DNA of 64,000 nucleotides from Azolla caroliniana (Eukaryota > Plantae > Polypodiophyta). The stretch covers positions 2,480,001 through 2,544,000 of the forward strand of contig JBHGNT010000018.1 of assembly GCA_043228905.1 (NCBI GenBank). Reading direction: 5' to 3'. How positions within the stretch are numbered: the first letter of the stretch is position 1; every line of letters begins with the position of its first letter. Position numbers and translations under genes: made by a program. Positions 26,886 through 38,004 of the stretch are shown here, piece after piece. Below the pieces are notes generated by a model. That model made no database searches. It was given only the letters and a program-made list of their open reading frames with translations, and was not told the DNA's origin.

Positions 26886-28314
26886 TGTCAGGAACAGTAC
26901 TAAGACAGAGATGGAATTAGTACTAAAAGAAGTATTAGTACTAAGAGAGGTGAAGAACTCTCGAGAGAAGGAAATAGTGAGTGAGAGGGAGAGAGAGAGA
27001 TCGAGAGAGAGAGAGAGTGATGATAAGAAAAGATATATATTATGTGAAGAGAATGTACAATAGTACCTAGGAGGCTTAAGACTGGCGTTGAACCGATTTG
27101 GTTCGAAATAATGCCTTGTGCCTCCTTTTATAGTGTTCTGAGGAATACTCCTGAAGTTTCTAGAATGTTCCAGAGAGAGAGAGAGTGATGGTAAGAAAAG
27201 ATATATATTATGTGAAGAGAATGTACAATAGTACCTAGGAGGCTTAAGACTGGCGTTGAACCGATTTGGTTCGAAATAATGCCTTGTGCCTCCTTTTATA
27301 GTGTTCTGAGGAATACTCCTGAAGTTTCTAGAATGTTCCAGAGAGAGAGAGTGATGGTAAGAAAAGATATATATTATGTGAAGAGAATGTACAATAGTAC
27401 CTAGGAGGCTTAAGACTGGCGTTGAACCGATTTGGTTCGAAATAATGCCTTGTGCCTCCTTTTATAGTGTTCTGAGGAATACTCCTGAAGTTTCTAGAAT
27501 GTTCCAGAGAGAGAGAGTGATGGTAAGAAAAGATATATATTATGTGAAGAGAATGTACAATAGTACCTAGGAGGCTTAAGACTGGCGTTGAACCGATTTG
27601 GTTCGAAATAATGCCTTGTGCCTCCTTTTATAGTGTTCTGAGGAATACTCCTGAAGTTTCTAGAATGTTCCAGAGAGAGAGAGTGATGGTAAGAAAAGAT
27701 ATATATTATGTGAAGAGAATGTACAATAGTACCTAGGAGGCTTAAGACTGGCGTTGAACCGATTTGGTTCGAAATAATGCCTTGTGCCTCCTTTTATAGT
27801 GTTCTGAGGAATACTCCTGAAGTTTCTAGAATGTTCCAGAGAGAGAGAGTGATGGTAAGAAAAGATATATATTATGTGAAGAGAATGTACAATAGTACCT
27901 AGGAGGCTTAAGACTGGCGTTGAACCGATTTGGTTCGAAATAATGCCTTGTGCCTCCTTTTATAGTGTTCTGAGGAATACTCCTGAAGTTTCTAGAATGT
28001 TCCAGAGAGAGAGAGTGATGGTAAGAAAAGATATATATTATGTGAAGAGAATGTACAATAGTACCTAGGAGGCTTAAGACTGGCGTTGAACCGATTTGGT
28101 TCGAAATAATGCCTTGTGCCTCCTTTTATAGTGTTCTGAGGAATACTCCTGAAGTTTCTAGAATGTTCCAGAGAAATCTAGAATATACATCAATTTTCTA
28201 TAATAAAACATAAATGAAAATAATATTCTACGTATTACAATGTATGGTCTAATGGTCAAGAGCTCAACCCATGTAGCATAAGGTCATGGGTTTGAGTCTT
28301 GCCATATCATGACA
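26886..28314 (-). repeat. 3' LTR of the gypsy element, expanded to 1429 bp
   Basis: Same termini and sequence as 33099-33469, plus a tandem array and an extra ~50-bp segment near 28231-28282. Confidence 0.95.
27003..28174. repeat. Tandem array, 7 copies of a 166-bp LTR sub-unit
   Basis: Unit ends (gttcca) at 27172, 27340, 27506, 27672, 27838, 28004 and 28170. Copies 2-7 appear identical apart from GA-run length. Confidence 0.97.
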
Positions 28315-31300
28315 TTATCCCCCCTTTAAAACGACGAGTGTAATGAGTCGTTTTGGATTGAGGACCCGGTTTGTCTGGATATTGACAATGGAAGTCTTCA
28401 AGAAGAGCACGAGCATTGGTGACATTCTGTATCGGTTCCCAAGTACGCTCGCTGGGACTATATCCTAGCCAATCGACTAGATAGTAGAGCTTGTTGCGAA
28501 CAATCTTGGAATCAAGGATGGTGGCAACCTCGTACTCAGGTCCATCTTCAAGCTCGATCGGGGGTGGAGGCTGTGTAATACGTCCTGGGATGGTGCTCTC
28601 TTGATAGGGTTCGAGGAGAGAACTATGAAACACTGGATGTATCCGAAGTTGTGGAGGTAGATCGAGACGAAAAGCGACACCATTAATCTTTCCTATAATA
28701 CGGAAAGGACCTAATCGCCGATAATCCAACTTCTCGCATGGGCGAGTAGTCTTGATGTGTCGTCGTAGTAGCCATACCCAATCTCCAATGTTAAAACTGG
28801 ATGGGAGTCGATGACGATCCGCATAAACCTTGTTTGTTTGTTGAGCTTGTTGGAGATGAGTAGATAAATCTGCTTGTATCTTGCGTAACCGCTCCAAACA
28901 ATCCTCCGCGCAAGGATTTGTGGACACCTCTAGGGTTTCAAGTACACACCACCTGGGGTGACATCCCATATAAGCATAAAATGGCGTAACTTTAGTCGAT
29001 GTGTGGATAGAGTTATTATAAGCAAATTCGGCAAAGTGGAGAATATCTGCCCAGTCATCCTGATGATAGCTGAGAAAGCACCGCAAATACTTCTCCAGCG
29101 TTTGATTTGTTCGTTCAGCTTGGTCGTCGATTTGTGGGTGGTAGCTGGAGGAGAGGTTACAAGTGACCTTGATCATTTTAAAAAGGTGCTTCCAGAATTT
29201 TGACACGAACTGGGGTCCACGGTCGTTGATGATACTATCGGGAAGTCCATGATGCCGACATACTTCACGCATGACAATTTCGACACTGTCTTCACTGGAG
29301 ATTTCCTTAGTACAGGGCAAGAAATTAGCCATCTTCATATATCGATCTACCCCTGTTAGAATCGCATTGAACCCCTTAGAGACTGGAAGATCTGTGATGA
29401 AGTCTAGAGCAATGGATTGCCACGACTTGCTTGGAATTGGTAATGGTTCTAATAAACCATATGGATGATGCCTTGACATTTTCGCTCTACAACATGTATC
29501 ACAAGTCCGAACAAAATCTTCGACAAATTGTCGCATACGGGGCCACCAGAATGATCGTTGTACTAAATCTAATGTTTTAGTACTACCAAAATGCCCAGTA
29601 GTTTTGTACTACTCGAAGGCGGCAAGAACCATTAGGAACATACAAAAGTTCTTTAAAGAAGAGTAATCCATCATAGTATTTGAATTGCCGATAGTCCGTA
29701 TCTGGTGGTTGCGACTGTGAACACGACGCTCGAGAGGGATCAATTTGTGCTAGTATAGCTTGGGCGAAAGCATTTGTCTTCAGGTCTGCACGTATGATAT
29801 TGATAACGTGGGAATCCATGGGCATGCCAAAGACCTGTGTTGCTTGCAGTCGTGCCGGTCCCAAGATTACTTGCTTTTGGTTATCGAAAGCTAGCTCGCC
29901 GGGACGCGGTGCTAGGTACGAATGCCGTGATAATGCATCTGCTTTCCCTTGATGCTTCCCAGGTCGATATGTAATCTTGAAGTCGAAACACGTGAGAAAA
30001 TGGGCCCACCGAGCTTGACGTCGATTTAACACATGAGCGTCTTGAAAATAGGCGAGGTTTTTGTGGTCACTGAATATAGTGACTTGATGAGAAGATCCCT
30101 CTAGAAAATGCCTCCATTGCATAAAAGAGTCCACTATAGCCAATAACTCTTTATCATGAATTTCGTAGTTGATTTCGGTGGCGTCAAACTTGCGTGAGTG
30201 AAAAGCCACAGGATGTAGCTTTTCATCATTACCTCGTTGTGATAGAATGCTCCCCAATGCAAAATCTGATGCGTCTGCTTCGATGATGAATGGTTTTTCT
30301 GGATCAACGTGAGCTAGAATCAGAGCTGATGTAAATGCCTGTTTAAGATTCTCAAAAGCCATGTCCACTTCTTCAGACCAAACGAACGATTGTCCCTTCC
30401 TAGTAAGTTGTGTAAGAGGCAAAACGAGCTTTGAGTAATCCTTTATAAACTTCCGGTAAAAAATTGGCAAAGCCTAGAAAGCATTGCACATCCTGCACCG
30501 AACGTGGAGTCTGCCATTCTACCACCGTTTTGACCTTAGCTGGGTCAATGGAGATGCCTTCTGAGGAAATGACATAGCCGAGAAATTCCACATGGTTGCA
30601 CCCGAAACTAAAATTTTCCAGCTTTGCATAAAGACCATGTTCTCGAAGTCGTTTTAGTATTAACAGTACATGAGAATCATGCTCTTCTTGGGTCTTTGAG
30701 TAAACCAGTAGATCATCCAAATAGATGATTAGACACACATCCAAGAGATCTCGGAAAATATCATTTGCCATGTGCTGGAAGACTGCTGGTGCATTAGTGA
30801 GGCCGAATGGCATGACCGTATACTCGAAGTGCCCATATCTGGTGCGGAACGCGGTCTTCCATTCATCTCCTGGTCGGATCCGTACGAGGTTATAGGCTCC
30901 TCATAAGTCGATCTTCGTGAAGAACCTGGCACCATTGATCCGTTCTAAAAGACTTGAGATAAGGGGGAGTGCATACCTATTTCGGATTGTAACCTTGTTC
31001 AAGCCACGGTAATCTACAACGAGACGAAGTGAGCCATCCTTTTTCTTGACGAAGAAAATGGGTGCGCCGGTTGGAGATTTCGAATGTTGTATGAAACCAT
31101 TCTCCAAATTCTCCTCTATATAGGCTTGAAGGACTTCCAGTTCGGTTGGTGACAGATTGTAGGTCGGTCCCCATGGTGGCTCTTTACCCGGTTGTAAATC
31201 AATGGGGCAATCATATGGTCGATGGTGAGGAAGCGTATTGGCTTGTACTTTATCAAACACATCAACATAATGACGATACTTCTCTGGAAGTTGAACGGTG

Positions 31301-31887
31301 GATTCCTCTTTAGTGGTGCTGGAGGGTTTTACTGATATTGCGAAGAGGAACATTTCTTCCTTGCGTCCTTCCTCATGCAACTGATGTAGTGAAATCGTTG
31401 CAATCTCATGAGTAGACCCTCGGGCTTTTCGATGCCGTATTTCTCTTGTTCGCCAATCTATGTCTGGGTTATGTAATTCGAACCATGGTAATCCTAAGAG
31501 AATGGGGTGTTTTGGGATGCTAATTATATTAAATGATACGACACATGCCAGATTATCTAGGACAATATTAACGGGCTCTGACTCTTCTATGATATTTCCA
31601 GAAGCAATGGGACGACCATCAATGACTACTACAGAGGCAAGACACGGGAGTTTTCTGAGAGATATCTGATGATCTTGGGCAAATTTCCTATCCATGAAGC
31701 AAGAATTAGCTCCAGAATCTAGAAGTCCTAAGACATGTATTGGAGGAGTACTTTTAGTACTAAGTGTTACTTGGGCTACGAACACATTGCTAACTTGCTT
31801 AGAGGGAATGGAACCACTAATGGGCTGCACAGATCTAGGGCTGTCCAACCAAATGGCTCCTATTTTGGCTGGACTTAGTCGTTTAAC
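28307..31887 (-). pseudogene. Gypsy pol (PR-RT-RH-IN-chromodomain), disrupted
   Basis: ORF pieces 30901-31848, 30400-30813, 29583-30470 and 28307-29536, separated by a premature TGA and frameshifts. Confidence 0.93.
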
Positions 31888-32970
31888 TCTTCCTCTAACT
31901 GACTAAGGACATCAAATTTGTTTGCTAAATTTGGGCTATTAGTACTATTAGGACTATTAGATATCCCTACTCAAATAGACTCGGGTTTAGTACAATCAGA
32001 ACTAGCAACTATTTGGTTTCCCTGCCTTCTTGGCCTATGGGGACAGTTTACCGCGATATGCCCTGGTCCACCGCAATAAAGACATAGTCGGTTTGCTCGG
32101 CATCATTGCTTTTCTTCTTCCGATAGCGATCCACGACGACATGTGGTGTCAATTTCCATCGGAGTTGGAGTACTTACTGGAGGCGCATTATATGACTCCC
32201 TCGGAAAAGGTTTCGCTACCACTGAGGCGTAGGTAGGCTCTGATCTTGCCCTCAGAATCTGGAATTGTTGTTCCGAACGTTGTTCGAAGAGGCGGTTGTC
32301 GCATCTCACCGTGCGACTAATTGCTTATGTTAATGACTTTGGCTCTTCGGGGAAGGTCAAGAGTAAATCCTTGACATTGTTGCGTAAGCCATAACGGAAT
32401 TGTTCCATCAATGCGTGATCATCCCAAGGGATATCGGCAGCGAGTAGGCGGAAATCTGTAGTGTATGCGGAGGCTGGACGATCACCTTGGCGTAATCGCC
32501 AGATTTTGTTGATTGCAGTCCTTATGCTGTCAGTATCTCCAAAACATGCCTTAAACTCACTTATAAATTCTTCAAAACTGTTTAGTAATGGAGATTCCTT
32601 TTCCAACAATGGAGCAAACCATGCTAACGTTGAGCCACTAAGGAGAGTGCCTACTAGTCCCACTCGTGATGCATCAGTGGGATATTGAGAAGGATGCATT
32701 TGTATCACTAAACGTACCTGATTCAAAAACCCTTCTAAATTGTGATCGAGTCCCATCAAATTTTGCAGGAAGACCGATCTTGGGTTCTGTGTGAATCCCT
32801 TGAGTGCTTGATCCTTGTTGTTGTAATGATATGATAGTCGCTTCGAGTTGTTGTACACGTAACGTTAGCTCCCCATGTTGTTGTTGTTTTTCTAGCGCTA
32901 TTTGTTGAAGATCCCCCAACAAACAATGATTTTCTTGTTCTAGTGTTACAAATTTCTCTTTTAAGCACTA
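31875..32970 (-). pseudogene. Gypsy gag (retrotrans_gag domain plus CCHC knuckle), disrupted
   Basis: EPKIGLPAKFDG, LSGSTLAWFAPLLE, LRQGDRPASAY...FR and TPTPMEID motifs plus a CCHC knuckle. The gag frame ends ...[15 protein letters not shown]. Confidence 0.88.
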
Positions 32971-33098
32971 GAGCTCCGAGAAAACAGATTGGTATTCCTG
33001 AGCGCTAACAGTTTCCATTTTACTAGGGAGGATAAGAGGATTAATAAGAAGATAAAAGGAAGAGGAGGAAGGAAGATCGACCCAAAATCGGTTCAAAC

Positions 33099-33469
33099 TG
33101 TCAGGAACAGTACTAAGACAGAGAAGGAATTAGTACTAAAAGAAGTATTAGTACTAAGAGAGGTGAAGAACTCTCGAGAGAAGGAAAGAGTGAGTGAGAG
33201 GGAGAGAGAGAGAGAGAGAGTGATGATAAGAAAAGATATATATTATGTGAAGAGAATGTACAATAGTAGCTAGGAGGCTTAAGACTGGCGTTGAACCGAT
33301 TTGGTTCGAAATAATGCCTTGTGCCTCCTTTTATAGTGTTCTGAGGAATACTCCTGAAGTTTCTAGAATGTTCCAGAGAAATCTGGAATATACATCAATT
33401 TTCTATAATAAAACATAAATGAAAATAATATTCTATGGTCATGGGTTTGAGTCTTGCCATATCATGACA
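33099..33469 (-). repeat. 5' LTR of the gypsy element (371 bp) with TATA box
   Basis: TG...CA termini; TATAAAA on the minus strand at 33329-33335. Confidence 0.95.
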
Positions 33470-33659
33470 AACATAGTATTAAGACAATCTGAACGTTTTC
33501 CTTATTTATTGACATTTGGTATTCTAATAATGTGATTTTTTGTTTTTTTAAAGAAAGATGCACCTTAGTATATTACTTGAAAATTGTACTTAGAGAAAAT
33601 AGAAGGAGACATTTCATCTGATCAAACATATATGAAACAAGTAGAACAATACTATCAAG

Positions 33660-33960
33660 CTTCAGTTATGCAACATAAAAGAAGGTATGGCATAATTCCA
33701 CTTCAGACCAGTAGTTATATTAGAAAATAAGTGAAGTCCTTGCCATCGATTCTTAAAGGCCACTTGTTGTTGCCACAAAACATCATCTGAACCCTGTAGA
33801 TCATCATATTGACCACGTAGTGTGTGGACAAATAACATCCAAAATTCAATAAGCATAGTGCAGAGATGTATGTGAACATTGTTAAAAACATAATCACATC
33901 TTGCTTTCCATATTATCCAAAGAGCCAATGATGTAAGAGTGAATTACCAGATTTTTAATT
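33660..33960 (-). mobile_element. LINE ORF2 3'-terminal fragment
   Basis: ALWIIWKARCDYVFNN...EFWMLFVHTLRGQY, the same family motif as 24418-24651. Confidence 0.7.
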
Positions 33961-35039
33961 TTGAACCGTTCCAATAATGTGAATTATTACCATGGGATTC
34001 GATTTAAAACTTGATTGAGAGCGTTGAGCATTGTTCGAGGGTTTCATAATAGGGACACCAAAAGATATTTCACTTTTTGGAGTGTCCTACCCTAATGTTG
34101 ACAAGTGGGTCGGTACTAGTACTAGTATTATTGACTTAAAGAGAACATTGGTTTAATACTCTCAAACTAATCAAGTTATATATAACTTACTTAAATGATG
34201 TAATCCACATGGTCAAACAAAGTTAAACGATTATAGAATAGATATAAGCTAAGCCACATATCCTATAATTACAAATATAATCAACTTCATACAAGGGGTT
34301 CAAGTTTTTTATATGAAATGATTAAGACTTGGACACGTAGTTGGGAGGGATTAGGCTTTAAGGAGGGATCAAGAGATTAAACTCTACCTCTAAAATGAGG
34401 AGGTCAAGAAGAAATGGGAACAAAGGTAAAATTGACTCTTGTGGTTTTTATATTATCCTTGGGCCTTTTCAAACCCAAGTGCCCCATTTTTTCCCCTTTT
34501 CCTTGTTCCAAACTCATAACTTGGCTATAGATGTCTTTGTTTAGGCCCTAAATGCGAAGAAATAAACTGTACAAGAAGTAATTATCCCTCCTTTGGGACT
34601 TGTAATTCTAGATAAATAAGATATATATCCATAGAATCATAGGATAAATGAGCAAAAAAATAATGTTTGTAAATAGGAAGAACTAGTATCCTCTAACCAT
34701 TCCAATTTCTTATCTCTTTAGCATTTATTATCAAATAATCTCTTCTTGACTATGCATTCCATTGTTCATCTCCTTAAGCCAATGAGTGTATTAGGTTAGT
34801 GCGTTCATGAAGCTAAATGACTCTCAAGTGCCCCTTCACTAGATGCATGCTTGAGGGTAAGGGAGGATCAATTGATCTTTAAATGAGTGGGAATCTTTCT
34901 TAATCCTAGAATACAAGTCATCATCAAGGGGAATATTATGTCATCTACTTGTTCATATATCACATGTGGTCGGAGTTTATCATTATTGTCAAATAAGCCC
35001 ATGACAACCTACTATCAACAACCATGTTTCCCACCTAAA

Positions 35040-35719
35040 TGTTCGGAAACAGGTCCCTCCGGATGGGAAGTGAGAACAACAGTACTGATGAGTAAACTCG
35101 GCCGAGGCCAAAACCGAATGTGGACTACCCGGGTACGGAAGACTCGGTGAGAACCGGATGAGGAGTACCCGGCTACGGAAGACCTGGTGAGAACCATATG
35201 ACGAGTACCCGGCAAGAGCCGGATGGTGAAGGCCCGGTGAGAAGTGCTCACCGGATGAAGAGACATATTCGTAAATATGTTTTCTGAGAGTCCATCGGGG
35301 CTATATTTGTAAATAGACGAAAAGTCATATTAGTATAAATATGACTTAGGGCAAACTTAGTCGTTGGTTGAGAGTTGTTGTCATTCTTGTTGGTGCAAGA
35401 TTAGAGTGCGCAACCGTGTACAAAGAGAGTGAGAGAGAGGAAGAGGTTGTTGCCTCTGTTGTAACCGCCGCCTGTGGCGAAGATAGAAAGCTCGAGGTCA
35501 TTGCTTCGGTGCTTTACCATTTGTACATTCTGACATAGTGATAGTTTGCAGTCTGTGGGCTGCAGTGGTTTTTTCCCTAGTTTGGGTTTTTCCACGTTAA
35601 CATCCTATGTTCTCTTCTCTCCATTGTGCCGTGCATTCATTCCCGTTTTTTTTTCTGTGTTTTGATTCTAAGCTCGGTTGTGGCCGAGCGTTGTTCATCG
35701 GGAGCGTGTGTTCCTGTCA
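35040..35719 (+). repeat. Copia 5' LTR (680 bp; carries one extra 40-bp unit versus the 3' LTR)
   Basis: Matches 40404-41043; tacccgg...ggtgagaacc...gagtacccgg is duplicated near 35125-35210. Confidence 0.95.
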
Positions 35720-38004
35720 AAGTGGTATCAGAGCGAAATGACACAGAAAATGGATGATTCGTTGGGAGGCATGTTCAAGCTCACCGGCTCCAACTATTCG
35801 GTGTGGAAGTCGAAGATGAGGGACATGCTCGTGGTTAAAGATCTTTGGTTGTTGGTTCAGTTCAGGGACAAGAGACCGGACAAAATCGATGCCACGATAT
35901 GGGAGGTGATGCACATGAAGACAACGGCGTACATACGGTGTTTCATCGACATGAGTCTATACAACAACTTCAATGAAGAGAGCAAGGCTCATGAGCTCTG
36001 GGAGAAGATCGACATTATGTTTTAAAACAAAAATGTTGTTAATCAGGTTTTGGTATTCCGGAAGCTAGTAAGACTCTGGTACCAAGATGGCTCCAGCATG
36101 GCGGAGCACATGAATGCCTTCCAGGGGCTGATCCACCAGGCAACATCATTGGAAGTACCTCTTGCCAATGAGGTACTAGCACTACTCCTGCTCGGTTCCC
36201 TCCCAGATAGCTGGGAGACGTTGGTTGTCACCTTGGGCAACACCGGGCCGGAAGGGAAACGGTTATCCCTAGCAAGAGTGAAGTCGAGCTTGCTAGATGA
36301 GGAGGCACGTCGGAAAGATAAGGATACGAGCTCTAAGTCCAAAGCGTTCCTTACCGAATCGGAACGCGGAAGACAAAGGAACCGTAGTCCCCAGAACCGG
36401 GAAAAGTCGGGGATACGGTCAAAGTCAAGGCGGTTCGAGCAGATAACGGAGGTGAAATACCGGGGGCAGTTCGAGGAGTACTGTCGCTCGAAGGGAATCC
36501 GGCTCAAATTTACTGTGCCGAATACGCCGGAACTAAACGGGCTGGCCGAGAGGATGAACCAGACCATAATGGAGAGGGTTCAAAGTATGCTGGCGCATGC
36601 AAAACTACCCAAGAAGGTTTGGGCTGAGGCACTGTCAACGGCGACATATGTGATAAACAGATCACCCTCAGTACCCTTGGACGGAGACACGCCACAAAGA
36701 GTATGGACCGGTAAGGAAGTATCCTACCGGCATCTGAAGGTATTCGGGTGTCTTGCGTATGTGCATGTAGCTAAGGACCGGAGAGGAAAACTAGATCCGA
36801 AGACCCGGCCATGCATATTCCTCGGTTATGGCGACGATGAGTTCGGCTACCGAGTGTGGGACCTGGTCGACAAGAAGGTATTCCGGAGTCGAGATATTAT
36901 CTTCATGGAGGACAAGACACTCGCCAACTGGGAGTCGGAGAAGAAGATAATGAACTCCGAGTCGACCGGTAAGGATCGATTCTACGAGGAGCAGACCCAA
37001 CCGGCAAGAGACCGGTTAGCACTCGAGGAACCAACCGGTTACGGTGAGGATACCGAACCAGCAGAAGAAGAAGTAGAGGAAGTTGAAACCGGAACCGGCC
37101 AAGACCCCGAATCGGCTTCAGATGAAGAGCGAATGGAGGGCCCGGTTACCGAAGCCCAAAGACGGAGATATCCTCTCAGAGAGAGAAGGCCCCCCCGGAG
37201 ATTTCCAGATGCAGAGCATGTGCTGCTAACCGATGAGGGGGAGCCAGAAAGCTTCGTAGAGGCGAAGGATGACACCCACAACTGCAAATGGTTAAGTGCC
37301 ATGCAGGATGAGATGGATTCCCTGCATGAGAACCATACGTACGAATTGGTGGAGCTGCCGAAAGGAAAGCGGGCACTCCGAAACAAGTGGGTGTACAAGT
37401 TGAAACTGGGAGATGCCGGCAACCCCCCGAGATACAAAGATAGGATCGTGGTGAAGGGGTTCTAGCAGAAGAAGGGCGTGGACTTCGACGAGATATTTGC
37501 CCCGGTAGTAAAGATGACCTCCATCCGGATGGTGCCGAGTATAGCGGCAAGCATGGACCTCGAGGTAGAGCAGTTGGACGTGAAGACGACATTCCTTCAC
37601 GGTGACCTCGAAGAGGAGATCTACATGCAGCAACCAGAAGGATTCGTGGAGAAAGGGAAGGAGCGCTTGGTTTTTCGGTTGAAGAAGAGCCTGTACGAAC
37701 TGAAGCAGGCTCCCCGACAATGGTACCGGAAGTTCGACTCCTTATGACCGATCAAGAGTACCACAAGACACAGGCTGGTCACTTTGTGTTTGTGAACAAG
37801 TTCGAAGGAGGCGACTTCCTGATACTCCTTCTGTACATGGACAACATGTTGATTGTCGGACGGGACCAAGCCAAAATACGGATGCTGAAGAAGGTTCTCA
37901 ACTGAACCTTCGCGATGAAAGACTTGGGTCCGGCAAGACAGATGTTGGGGATGCATATCATCCGGAACCGGCCAACGAAGCAATTGTGGCTGTCACAGGA
38001 GAAA

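Larger units (their letters stand above)
26886..33469 (-). mobile_element. Full-length Ty3/gypsy chromovirus (Tf1/Tcn1-like), defective
   Basis: TG...CA LTRs at 33099-33469 (5') and 26886-28314 (3'), TSD AACAC/AACAT (4/5 match), PPT next to 28315. Contains gag with a CLYCGGPGHIAVNC knuckle, protease LLDSGA, RT YLDD, RNaseH EADASD, integrase and a C-terminal chromodomain (EYEVATILDSK...YLVDWLGY...TWEP). Several stops and frameshifts. Confidence 0.96.

Noticed and set aside
27003-28174. CRISPR-like array
   Set aside because: The units are contiguous near-identical copies with no unique spacers, derive from the LTR, and sit in a eukaryotic context without cas genes.
28238-28314. Functional tRNA gene
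   Set aside because: Acceptor, anticodon and T stems do not pair convincingly. Kept only as a tRNA-like box pair.
32016-32022. GGGAAAC (PEG10-type) slippery site after the gag knuckle
   Set aside because: Its -1 frame hits TAG within a few codons and no stem follows. The GTTAAAC site at 31881-31887 fits better.
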